From the NCBI GenBank assembly GCA_002424305.1, contig DIQZ01000035.1, positions 226,335 through 290,334 of the forward strand: DNA of 64,000 nt, read 5' to 3'. This DNA is from Firmicutes bacterium UBA5449. Its GTDB lineage: Bacteria > Bacillota > SHA-98 > UBA4971. Of this stretch, positions 48,081 through 57,388 are shown piece by piece; position 1 is the stretch's first letter; each line of letters begins with the position of its first letter. The position numbers and the translations under genes are program-made. Below the pieces are notes generated by a model, which saw only the letters and a program-made list of their open reading frames with translations, ran no database searches and was not told where the DNA came from.

Positions 48081-49031
48081 TCATGCCCAGCGCTTTTCCA
48101 CTTTCACGTCCTTGAAGAAATATGTGCAGATCTGCTCGTGACGTTTTCCCGTCTTTGCCATATTATGTGCACCCCACTGCGATAATCCGACTCCGTGGCC
48201 GAATCCTTTGCCTTCCATCATGACTTTGCCATTCTTCACTTCCAGGCTTGTCAGGTAATTTGACCTCATGCGCATTGGATCTAAGGCAACACGGAAGTTA
48301 TTTCCTCCGATAGTGGTCGTACTGCCTGAATGCTGAATAGCTATTATCTCCGCCCGTCCTGAGGGTCCTCGCTTAGCTATTGTCAAGTCTTGAATGCCTT
48401 TGACATTCAGTCCGACTTCAGCAAGGGCAGCTTCAATCTCACCTGTGGAGAACTCCGCTTTCCATCTTCGATCAGAAAGAGGCACATCTTCTGTGTCATC
48501 AGGGCTATCCTTGACAACGGTATACGTGGGCTCCGGGCCGGAGAAATTTAGGCCTTCTTTTGCTAACGCTGTTTTCCCGCCTGCGTTTGAATGGAACCAT
48601 GCATTAATTAGCTTTCCTCCCTCAGTCAAGACCTTTCCGCGTGTCGCTTTGACAGCTGCCTTTATTGCGTCGTTGACATTTTCAGGCTTGTACTCCTGAG
48701 CCTCCTTAAACCCGGCCTCTATATCCGAGCCCATAGGACCTGATCCACGCTTTTCTTCCAGCGTCTTCAGGGCAAAGGTTCGTGCTACTATGGCCTGAGC
48801 AGCAAGGGCTTCGTGAGGCCAGTAGTTCTTCATCTCACCTCCGACTACTGCTGCGATGTACTCCTCCATAGGCATTTCCAGAACCTTCTTCTCATCATCA
48901 ATGTACACCCTGATAGTTGGCTCCTTCCCAAGAGCAACTCGCCTTGATTTTGAAATTCCTAAGGATACGACAATTACGGCGAGGAGTCCAATACCAATCC
49001 AAGTTAAGGTTTTCCTGCGATTATCGATCAC
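48081..49031 (-). CDS. spoIID: Stage II sporulation protein D (SpoIID/LytB domain)
   Basis: N-terminal TM plus a SpoIID domain (EEYIAAVVGGEM...ALKAQAIVARTFAL). Confidence 0.8.
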   Translation of the reverse strand: MIDNRRKTLTWIGIGLLAVIVVSLGISKSRRVALGKEPTIRVYIDDEKKVLEMPMEEYIAAVVGGEMKNYWPHEALAAQAIVARTFALKTLEEKRGSGPMGSDIEAGFKEAQEYKPENVNDAIKAAVKATRGKVLTEGGKLINAWFHSNAGGKTALAKEGLNFSGPEPTYTVVKDSPDDTEDVPLSDRRWKAEFSTGEIEAALAEVGLNVKGIQDLTIAKRGPSGRAEIIAIQHSGSTTTIGGNNFRVALDPMRMRSNYLTSLEVKNGKVMMEGKGFGHGVGLSQWGAHNMAKTGKRHEQICTYFFKDVKVEKRWA

Positions 49032-49176
49032 TAGTATTCGCCCTCCATTATGCGGATGTCATTTTGCATTAGTCTTCTGTAGGTATTATGCTCAAGGATA
49101 GGACATAGATAGCCATATATTGCTGTGACTGTTAGACTAATCACCTTGACCCACCCACCTGGCTTTTCTTGGATAG

Positions 49177-49711
49177 GAATGTCGCATTGTTGTACTGTAT
49201 CTTAATGAACTTGTGGCTACAGGTAAATTGGATTGGAACGATAAGGTCAAGTACGACAGTGTAAAGGATTGGCAGGATGGGGCCGGAATACTACAGTTTG
49301 CAGCAAGGGACGGATCTGGCAAATCTCGCGATTATCATAAGTAACAACATTGCCTATAAGATGCTCACCCGTGATCTCGGTAGGGAGAACATTGTCGATT
49401 TCATGACACATCTCGGTGGCAAAATTGTGTTCCCTGAAGGCAAACACATGACCTTCGCCAAGGACATGTCACATTCCATATATCATGTGGCAATTCCCGG
49501 CAATCTGCCGGAAGGGGTAATTGTGGCGCGTAAGGAAGGTGACGTTGCGGGAGTTGCCAATGATATGGGGATAGTTTTCGCGGACAACCCTTACATCCTG
49601 GTCGTTCTATCAAAGGGTGTGCCCGACATTGATGGGGGCTTTACCAGGATCACCAAAATATCGCAAGTGGTCTATGACTACCACAAAGCAGTCTCAGATA
49701 ATATTCAATAA
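49177..49711 (+). pseudogene. Degraded beta-lactamase-like (class A/PF13354-type) serine hydrolase. It lacks the N-terminal SxxK region and carries a frameshift near 49265-49285.
   Basis: Frame A (49177-49264) reads ...LNELVATGKLDWNDKVKYDSVKDWQDGAGIL... and then hits a stop. Frame B continues ...GTDLANLAIIISNNIAYKML... (an SDN-loop equivalent) to a class-A-like C-terminus. There is no upstream Met or catalytic Ser segment. Confidence 0.5.
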
Positions 49712-49713
49712 TC

Positions 49714-50097
49714 TTATACCAGGCACCCAATGAATATGCCTACAGCGGAAATAGGCGTAAGAATGACAGCAAACAGCACTGCTCGTTCAAGAGCCAATGT
49801 TGAAACCAAGCCTAATTGGCCGGCTATACCAAGGAGTGACGGTAGGGCCAAAACGCATCCTGCTAAGATGAGGCCCAGTACAATACTGGCAAAACCGGCA
49901 AATACTCCCTTAGCTACTGAAGGAGTCAACATGCCCAAGAGGAACCCGGTAAGGAGCGCCCCGAGAAACACTAAGACCATGCCGTACTCCGCGGCAACTC
50001 CAAAAGGCGCAAGGAGCGGAAGAGCCTGAACGGTGAAAAGACTACACATGAATATCCCCATCAGTATGATACCTAAGACTGTTTTTGTTCGGTCCAT
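49714..50097 (-). CDS. Hypothetical small polytopic membrane protein
   Basis: 127 aa with 4 predicted TM helices. It overlaps the upstream gene by 1 nt. Confidence 0.4.
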   Translation of the reverse strand: MDRTKTVLGIILMGIFMCSLFTVQALPLLAPFGVAAEYGMVLVFLGALLTGFLLGMLTPSVAKGVFAGFASIVLGLILAGCVLALPSLLGIAGQLGLVSTLALERAVLFAVILTPISAVGIFIGCLV

Positions 50098-50603
50098 TAG
50101 TCATGGCCTCCTTCCAATGGTATTAAGGCGTGCGTAACAAAAAGCTTCGAGCCTAAATACGGCATATCAAGAAGGCCTGATACCCTTATGGACCAATTGT
50201 CTCCGCCCCTGTTAACAATCTCTTTCTTCGTATAGGGCACCTCAATTCTGAGCACCGTATCTCTTTCGCTTCCTTGCGGCAACTCAAGCCGGTTACTCAT
50301 GAAATCGTAATTCTGACCCCATACATACTGCCTGTCAATGTATACTATGGCACGCATAGATATGATGGATAAATCCCATTTGCTTTGATTCCTGAGGTCT
50401 ACACCTATCCCAAGCACGTACTCTGAGTTCTCTTGCTCGCATGTTATCTCTGATACCGCAATATGGAACCTGGCAGCTGCCGTTGATGCGTTAAGATAGT
50501 TCTTGGCAGTCACCCACGTAAGTCCTATTGCGCATAATGCTAACAGCCCCATGACAGCAAGAACTACGCTGCTTCTATGGGCACGCCCATTATTTGCTTT
50601 CAT
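50097..50603 (-). CDS. Hypothetical membrane-anchored protein, possibly LEA_2/WHy-like
   Basis: N-terminal TM then a beta-rich domain of about 130 aa. The family assignment is tentative. Confidence 0.35.
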   Translation of the reverse strand: MKANNGRAHRSSVVLAVMGLLALCAIGLTWVTAKNYLNASTAAARFHIAVSEITCEQENSEYVLGIGVDLRNQSKWDLSIISMRAIVYIDRQYVWGQNYDFMSNRLELPQGSERDTVLRIEVPYTKKEIVNRGGDNWSIRVSGLLDMPYLGSKLFVTHALIPLEGGHD

Positions 50604-50709
50604 AGAGCCTCCCGACTAAGGTTATTGTCACGGTCTTACAGAGGAACACTCATGACCCATTCATGTTATATGCTAGGGGTCATGAGCCTAGAAGACCCTT
50701 TGCACCACA

Positions 50710-51744
50710 TTATCCCAGGGCAAAATGGCACGCTACCATGTGATTATTCTCAGCTTCCACCAATTCAGGTTCTACCTCTTTGCAGATATCCCGACATACC
50801 GGGCATCTGGGATGGAGCCTACATCCACTGGGAGGATTAACCGGGTTGGGAACTTCTCCGCTTAGGACTTTCCCAAAACCCTTTTTCTTCGGATCCGGAA
50901 CAAAGACAGCGCCGATTAGAGCCCTGGTATATGGATGTAGAGGATGCTTAACAAGACTATCAGTCGGCCCCTTCTCAACGATCTTTCCTAAATACATGAC
51001 TGCTATCCTATCGCATATGTGACGGGCAGTGGCAAGATCATGAGTAATGTAGAGGAATGTGACACCTCTCTCACGACATAGGTTCAACATTAAGTTAAGG
51101 ATCTCACCGCGAATGGATACGTCAAGCATAGATACGGGTTCATCCGCGACTATGAACTCAGGATCCAATACAAGCGCCCTCGCTACAGCGATCCTCTGTC
51201 TCTGACCACCTGACAGCTCATGTGGATATCTAAAGAGATATTCCTCAGGAGGTGTCATTTCAACGTCTTCGAGCGCTTTTTCAATGTAAGGACGAGCGTC
51301 CACTGCGTTTTTTACGATTCCTTGTATTCTCAAGGGCTCTGCGATAATCCTGGACACATCGAGTCTGGGATTCATTGACTCGTAAGGATCCTGGAAAATA
51401 ATTTGCATTCTTCTCCTGAGTTTCTTTACCTCTTCAGGATCTAACGCAGTTACGTCAGTATCTTCAAATACTACCTTACCATCTGTAGGCTCGAGCAACC
51501 TAAGTATAGTCCTACCCATGGTTGTCTTACCACACCCTGATTCACCGACAACCCCAAAGAGTTCCCCCTTCTTGACATTGAAGGTCACCCCGTCAACAGC
51601 CTTTACTGCTAGGTCCGGACCTCCTTTTAGGGACTGTGCGAATCCTCGGCGCAGGGGAAAGTATTTCACAAGGTTTTCTACGTCAAGAATAACTTCGCCG
51701 TGTCCTACGCGTCTCTCCTCGTCAGTTGCTCTCACTGCTCCCAT
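50710..51744 (-). CDS. oppF: Oligopeptide ABC transporter ATP-binding protein OppF
   Basis: GESGCGKTT, LSGGQRQR and ADEPVSMLD motifs, plus the C-terminal oligopeptide-transporter extension. Confidence 0.85.
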   Translation of the reverse strand: MGAVRATDEERRVGHGEVILDVENLVKYFPLRRGFAQSLKGGPDLAVKAVDGVTFNVKKGELFGVVGESGCGKTTMGRTILRLLEPTDGKVVFEDTDVTALDPEEVKKLRRRMQIIFQDPYESMNPRLDVSRIIAEPLRIQGIVKNAVDARPYIEKALEDVEMTPPEEYLFRYPHELSGGQRQRIAVARALVLDPEFIVADEPVSMLDVSIRGEILNLMLNLCRERGVTFLYITHDLATARHICDRIAVMYLGKIVEKGPTDSLVKHPLHPYTRALIGAVFVPDPKKKGFGKVLSGEVPNPVNPPSGCRLHPRCPVCRDICKEVEPELVEAENNHMVACHFALG

Positions 51745-52724
51745 ATGTCGACCCCCCTCTCGAGCATATCTACCTTATGACAGGCGACCTTATGACTGTT
51801 TGAACCAATCTCAATGAGCCTTGGCTCTTCTTCCATACATGTCCTATCTGCCAACGGACACCTCGGATGAAACCTACAGCCTTCGGGGGGCGCCAGCAAG
51901 TTAGGTGGAAATCCAGGTAATGACCTTACACGAGTTCTCTCAGCTTTAATATTGGGAAACGCTTTTACAAGCCCCATGCCATATGGGTGCGTCGGATTCT
52001 CATAGACATCTATAACACTGCCATACTCTACGATCTTCCCGGCATACATAATGGCAATTTTGTCACACGTCTGTGCAATCACTGAAAGGTCATGAGTGAT
52101 AAGCATCATAGATAGATCCAGTCTCTTCCTCAAGTCTTCCATAGCCTTCAGCACCTGTGATTGAACCATAACATCAAGGGCCGTGGTAGGTTCATCAGCG
52201 ACAATAACGTCAGGATTACAAGCGAGGGCCATAGCGATAACAACTCTTTGCTTCATACCTCCGCTGAACTCATGGGGATACTCCTTGAATCTCTTTGGGT
52301 TAATACCTACCATATCAAGAAGTTGCTCAGTTCGTTCTACGGCCTCAGCATGAGGTATGTCTTCGTGCGTTAATATAGCCTCAACGATTTGATCCCCTAT
52401 TCGATGCACAGGGTTAAGAGCGTTCATTGCACCTTGGAACACCATTGAAATTTTCTTCCACCGAATGGACTCTCTGAATGTTTCATCATCTAGTTTGAGG
52501 ATTTCAACGCCGTCCAGTGTAATTGACCCTCCATGGATCTTTCCATTACTGGGAAGGAGCCTGAGGACTGTATTGGCCATGCTCGATTTGCCGCATCCGG
52601 ACTCGCCTGCTATACCTAAGGCTTCGCCTCTTTCAATATCGAAGCTCACAGAGTCAACTGCCTTCACATGACCGCGAAGGGTCTTGTAATACATCTTGAG
52701 GTCTCGTACTTCTAGTAGAGCCAT
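51732..52724 (-). CDS. oppD: Oligopeptide ABC transporter ATP-binding protein OppD
   Basis: GESGCGKSS, FSGGMKQR and ADEPTTALD motifs. Confidence 0.85.
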   Translation of the reverse strand: MALLEVRDLKMYYKTLRGHVKAVDSVSFDIERGEALGIAGESGCGKSSMANTVLRLLPSNGKIHGGSITLDGVEILKLDDETFRESIRWKKISMVFQGAMNALNPVHRIGDQIVEAILTHEDIPHAEAVERTEQLLDMVGINPKRFKEYPHEFSGGMKQRVVIAMALACNPDVIVADEPTTALDVMVQSQVLKAMEDLRKRLDLSMMLITHDLSVIAQTCDKIAIMYAGKIVEYGSVIDVYENPTHPYGMGLVKAFPNIKAERTRVRSLPGFPPNLLAPPEGCRFHPRCPLADRTCMEEEPRLIEIGSNSHKVACHKVDMLERGVDIWEQ

Positions 52725-52726
52725 GG

Positions 52727-54226
52727 TTATGATCTCTCCCTATACCTTGGATTGAGGATCTCATTGACTGTATTGCCAATGAACACAAAGGCAAGGCTCA
52801 AGAATGTAATAGCCAGCCCAGGCGGCACCAGCCACCACCATGCAAGCGTGGTGAATGCGCCAAATCCCCTCGCGTTGTGTAACATACGTCCCCAGGTGGC
52901 GACCCGTGGGTCACCGAGTCCCAAGAAGCTAAGGGAGGCCTCTGTCAATATTGCTGACGGAATCCGAAGTACCATTCCGGCAAATACAAGAGGCAGTACG
53001 TTAGGCAGTATATGAGTAATCATCACGTAAGCGTCTGAAGCGCCTGATGCCTTGGCAGCCTCCACAAACACGCGCTCCCTCAACGATAGAGTCTGTGAGC
53101 GAACCAGTCGCGCTGTACCCATCCAAGCAAAAGCTGAAATCAAAAGAACGATATTCCAAACGCTCTTTCCAAGTATCGCTCCGAGAATGATGAGGATAGG
53201 TAAGGTAGGAATTGCCATGAGGACATCGACAACTCTCATCATGAACTCATCAACAACTCCGCCTAAATACCCACATATTATTCCGACCGCAGTTCCCACA
53301 GCGACAGAAATAGCCGCAGCGGAAAGGCCTATGGAAAGGGAGATTCTTGTGCCGTAGACCAACTGCGCCCAGAGGTCTGCGCCCATGTGATCCGCGCCTA
53401 GTACGCCGTGCACCATACCAGGAATATAGAACACTGTGTCACTAATGCATACGCGCGTCGGTTCTTCTCCTGAGGTGGCTTTTGCTGTTAAGACAAGTCT
53501 ATAATCACCTTTTGACGAGAATATTCTCGGAGCAGGGTCGTCGAAAATCGTAAGGCCCAGTCTCTGTTTGAGAGTCAAGTCTCTTGAGTCTATTCTCGCA
53601 GGCTGACTTCCGAGAGCACCCGAATATGATTTCCCCCACAGGTTGAACTCTTTCCCTTCAGGCGTCTCGATAACAAACTGCAATTCTGTCTTGGAATCAG
53701 GTGATGCGTCAATCCAGTAATTGAACGTCAAGCCGAAGGTTTTCGGAGGGCTATACGTATATGGCACCACATATGAAAGCTCAACAACGCTCATATCCGG
53801 CTCTTTTTCATACGCATCAGCGAATTCACTGTCTTCAAAGGCGTCAGCTTCACCTTCCGCAATGACATCGCCGCTAAATACAGGGTCGAACCCAATAACA
53901 GTGATAGTCTTGCCGTCCTGTTCTTGCGAGGATAGTTTTCCGCCTGTCGCTTCGCTGACAGTCCATTCATTAGGACCTAGATCTGTCCGAACGGTTGAAG
54001 GCGCATCGTTGTACTGTGGCACAACTGACCTAAACCATACAGGAGCAGCTATCCTGTCTGCCAAAAGAATTTGCTTAGGATTATAGGGGGTTAAAAAGGG
54101 AGCAAAGATTGCGACAAAAATATAGACTAGAACGATGAACAACCCAACCATGCCCAGGGGTTTACGCTTGTACTGCTCCCAAAAAGTCGGGGCACTAATT
54201 CCATTTTGCGCTCCATTCTTGCTCAT
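52727..54226 (-). CDS. oppC: Oligopeptide ABC permease OppC with a periplasmic insertion of about 200 aa between TM1 and TM2
   Basis: BPD-transporter EAA-like region at the C-terminus. 499 aa versus about 300 aa for typical OppC. Confidence 0.8.
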   Translation of the reverse strand: MSKNGAQNGISAPTFWEQYKRKPLGMVGLFIVLVYIFVAIFAPFLTPYNPKQILLADRIAAPVWFRSVVPQYNDAPSTVRTDLGPNEWTVSEATGGKLSSQEQDGKTITVIGFDPVFSGDVIAEGEADAFEDSEFADAYEKEPDMSVVELSYVVPYTYSPPKTFGLTFNYWIDASPDSKTELQFVIETPEGKEFNLWGKSYSGALGSQPARIDSRDLTLKQRLGLTIFDDPAPRIFSSKGDYRLVLTAKATSGEEPTRVCISDTVFYIPGMVHGVLGADHMGADLWAQLVYGTRISLSIGLSAAAISVAVGTAVGIICGYLGGVVDEFMMRVVDVLMAIPTLPILIILGAILGKSVWNIVLLISAFAWMGTARLVRSQTLSLRERVFVEAAKASGASDAYVMITHILPNVLPLVFAGMVLRIPSAILTEASLSFLGLGDPRVATWGRMLHNARGFGAFTTLAWWWLVPPGLAITFLSLAFVFIGNTVNEILNPRYRERS

Positions 54227-55206
54227 TTTGCTCCACCCTCCCCTACTCGAATCCTGGGATCAACAATTCCGTAGACAATATCAGCTGCCAGATTGCAGAT
54301 CACGACCGCCAATGCAATCAGATAAAAAGCCCCTTGCGCTGCAGGGTAATCCTGCTGCATAACTGCGTCCATCAGATACTTGCCTACACCGTGCCAAGAA
54401 AAAATGGTCTCTGTAATAACAGCGCCTGATACCATCCCGGGAAGAGCCCCGAAGATCAATGTGATGATAGGAGGCAAAACACTTCTGAGGGCGTGGTGAC
54501 GCAAAACAGTGGTTTCCGGGAGGCCCTTTGCCCTGGCAGTAAGAATATAATCCTGGCCAAGGGCTTCAAGCATTGTGTTACGCGTGTAGAGGGCCCAAGA
54601 GCCGAAAGCCACAATTACATTGCTCCCTGCAGGCAAAATCAAGTGATGAATTCTGTCCAAAGCCTGCAAGAGGAACCCATCAGGCGGTGGAGCACTCATA
54701 GTACCATGTATCGGTAAGATCGGGATGTAGTAGCCAAATAGCATAAGTAGAAGCAACTGTATCCAAAACGTGGGTACTGCATAGGTAAAAAGACCCGCCC
54801 CTGTCACAAAGTTGTCTCCGAATGTCCCTCGTTTCGATGCAGTGTAGACCCCTACCGAAATACCAATAATAGTTGTAAAGATAAAACTTGTCAAGAAAAG
54901 CACTGCGGTATTGGGAAGCCTTTCCTTTAACTCGTTGACAACAGGCCTCCTCGTAGAGAAGGATAACCCCAAGTCAAACTTCAAGAGATTGCCAACATAC
55001 TTTAAATATTGAACAATCGGGGGATCATCAAGTCCGAACTGTCTCTTAAGTTCGGCTATGGCTTCCGGAGTAAACATAGGGTCTATTATCATTTTTGTAG
55101 CATCTCCGGGCATGAGTCGGAAAATAGCAAAGTTAAACGTCATGATGACGAATAACACTATCACTGCATAGCCCAGTCTTCTTAAGACATACCTTGAAAA
55201 GCCCAA
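54223..55206 (-). CDS. oppB: Oligopeptide ABC permease OppB
   Basis: 327 aa with 6 TM helices and a typical OppB N-terminus. Confidence 0.85.
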   Translation of the reverse strand: MGFSRYVLRRLGYAVIVLFVIMTFNFAIFRLMPGDATKMIIDPMFTPEAIAELKRQFGLDDPPIVQYLKYVGNLLKFDLGLSFSTRRPVVNELKERLPNTAVLFLTSFIFTTIIGISVGVYTASKRGTFGDNFVTGAGLFTYAVPTFWIQLLLLMLFGYYIPILPIHGTMSAPPPDGFLLQALDRIHHLILPAGSNVIVAFGSWALYTRNTMLEALGQDYILTARAKGLPETTVLRHHALRSVLPPIITLIFGALPGMVSGAVITETIFSWHGVGKYLMDAVMQQDYPAAQGAFYLIALAVVICNLAADIVYGIVDPRIRVGEGGAK

Positions 55207-55354
55207 ATAGCCTCACCTCACTAACCTACCTGGCCGGTAACCTTAGAGTGGCAACCGACCCCTACCTAATTCCGCCGCCCCAGATGCCCGGGGCGGCGGA
55301 TATGTTCCAGGGATTAATATCTATTCTTTGAACTCCATCCGGATACTTGCTTTC

Positions 55355-57064
55355 TTACTTGCTAAGTCTCCAGTAAATCGGGTTCTTCTTCAGTCTGACA
55401 TACTCGCCCACCTTGTACTGGTCTAGGATGAACGGACCCTGTCCGATGGCCTTGGTGAGGCCTGGAACTGTTGGATGAGACTCAAGCCACGGCTCAAAGG
55501 TCTTATAATCCTTTACGTCCTTCCAGATCCATTCCGGTAGGAAGGATAGGTCAGCGTGATATAGATGCCAGTAGCTCTCAGTTGAGAAGTAGACCTTGGC
55601 GGTGTATTCGTCAGGAGTCTCTACCTTGACAACTTCATTGACTGAGGAGAGGTATCTTGGAACCTTGTTATCACGCAGGTACTCAATGGTGAACTTGATA
55701 TCCTTGGATGTAAATGGGGTAGTATCCTGCCACTTGATACCCTTCTCCAGATGCCACGTGACAACAGTACCCTTCTTGCCGGGTTCAGGCTCCCAAGTGC
55801 CAACCTCCCAGCTCTTGGCCATCCAAGGCATGTCTTCCATAGTCTCAGGGTTGACTTCCATCAAGTTGTCGTAGAGCCTACCGAGAACTTCCCACTCGTA
55901 AGCGCTACTTGAGGTACATGGGTTGAGAACTTTCGGCTCTTCAGGAAGCAGCCAGCGAATAGTTCCGCCTTTACCTCTAACTGGCTTAACATTAAGAGTC
56001 GTCCACTTGTTTTGATAGTTGGCTGCGCCATAACCATGCATTGGCACATAACCTGTAAACTTATCCTTACGGAATGCGTCCATGTAAGGTCTGGAGTACA
56101 GTACAGTGTACGGCTGCCTTCTGGCAAGAATGACCTGTGCTTCGTCAGCTGCCTTCTTTGCAACTTCCTCACTAGGTGCATAATAGAGGGCTTCAAGAAC
56201 CTTGTCTAGTTCAGCGTCGCGGATACCGGGCCTGTTGTAGCCGGCTTCAACATCATTAGATGAGTGGAAGAAGCTGTGTAACGAGGTAGGTATACGGCTT
56301 AGACCCCAGGCCAACATATACATGTCGAACTCTGCCATATCTAGTTTATCCAGCATAACCGGGAAGTCCATTGGCTCCGGCTCGATAGGCAGGTTTATTG
56401 CCTGGCAAGCTTCAGCAATGATCTTTCCTAGTTCTGCGGAAGTCGGAGCAACCTCATATGTAGGTGTAAAAATAGTCATCTTACGCAAAGGTTTTCCGGT
56501 TGCAGGATCAATTCGAATACCGGTGGCCGGATCTACCGTGTAGCCGGCTTTATCCAGAAGCTTCTTGGCCTCTTCCGGATTATATGGGAAACGAGGTATA
56601 TCTTCTTTGTAGAATCCACTGGATGGAGGCACGAATGTAGCCATAGGCAGCATATAGCCCTCAAAAAGTGTCTGGATAATATTGTCACGGTCTATGACGT
56701 GTGCGATAGCTTGACGGAGAACATCTGCATCAAGAGGCCCACGCCTCATGTTGTAGCATAGATAGAACATATGGAAACCATAATTCATCGTGAGCTCCGC
56801 ATTGGGATTAGCCTTTATCTTGTTAATGTCAGCAGGCCTTGTCAGGCCGGGTAACACGTCAACATCACCACGGTTGAACGCGATGAGTTGTGCCTCACTG
56901 TCTTTAATAATCGGCATGATAATCTGATCGACTTGTGGCCCGTAAGGTTCCCACTTGACCTTCTGCTGGGCAGTGACGATTCCGCACGTCATAGCCAGAA
57001 TAAGGCAAATGGCAACAGGCAAAAGGAATCTTCTTAACTTCACGATTCTACCTCCTTTAGTCAT
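55355..57064 (-). CDS. oppA: Oligopeptide-binding protein OppA (SBP family 5)
   Basis: Signal peptide followed by a 569 aa family-5 solute-binding fold. It is the first gene of the opp operon. Confidence 0.85.
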   Translation of the reverse strand: MTKGGRIVKLRRFLLPVAICLILAMTCGIVTAQQKVKWEPYGPQVDQIIMPIIKDSEAQLIAFNRGDVDVLPGLTRPADINKIKANPNAELTMNYGFHMFYLCYNMRRGPLDADVLRQAIAHVIDRDNIIQTLFEGYMLPMATFVPPSSGFYKEDIPRFPYNPEEAKKLLDKAGYTVDPATGIRIDPATGKPLRKMTIFTPTYEVAPTSAELGKIIAEACQAINLPIEPEPMDFPVMLDKLDMAEFDMYMLAWGLSRIPTSLHSFFHSSNDVEAGYNRPGIRDAELDKVLEALYYAPSEEVAKKAADEAQVILARRQPYTVLYSRPYMDAFRKDKFTGYVPMHGYGAANYQNKWTTLNVKPVRGKGGTIRWLLPEEPKVLNPCTSSSAYEWEVLGRLYDNLMEVNPETMEDMPWMAKSWEVGTWEPEPGKKGTVVTWHLEKGIKWQDTTPFTSKDIKFTIEYLRDNKVPRYLSSVNEVVKVETPDEYTAKVYFSTESYWHLYHADLSFLPEWIWKDVKDYKTFEPWLESHPTVPGLTKAIGQGPFILDQYKVGEYVRLKKNPIYWRLSK

Positions 57065-57388
57065 GTTGTCTAAAGACCAATAAGACGTTAATCATATTCA
57101 ACACCTATACGACGCCCTTGGGGCTAGGTACCACCCCCTTGCCAGGTACTTACATATACTTAAGTAAATAGCTTTACCTTGCTTACCCATATAGTTCCTG
57201 GATAGATAGAAATAGGTTAGCTATGCAAGGCACATTATACATTTCCACATAGTCTTTGAAAATCCTTCTTTTACTTAAGCACAATGTAGCATATAGCAAT
57301 GAACTTAAAGCAATTATATCTAAACATACCTTATATTACCAGACCCATCATCATATTCATAATACTCACTCATTTCCTTAATGCCTGC

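Noticed and set aside
48000-48185. ORF 48000..48185 (+) upstream of spoIID as a small gene, or a sigma-E promoter call for spoIID
   Set aside because: The ORF overlaps the spoIID 3' end on the opposite strand. I could not find a convincing sigma-E -35/-10 pair (ATATT / CATACA-T) with correct spacing upstream of spoIID.
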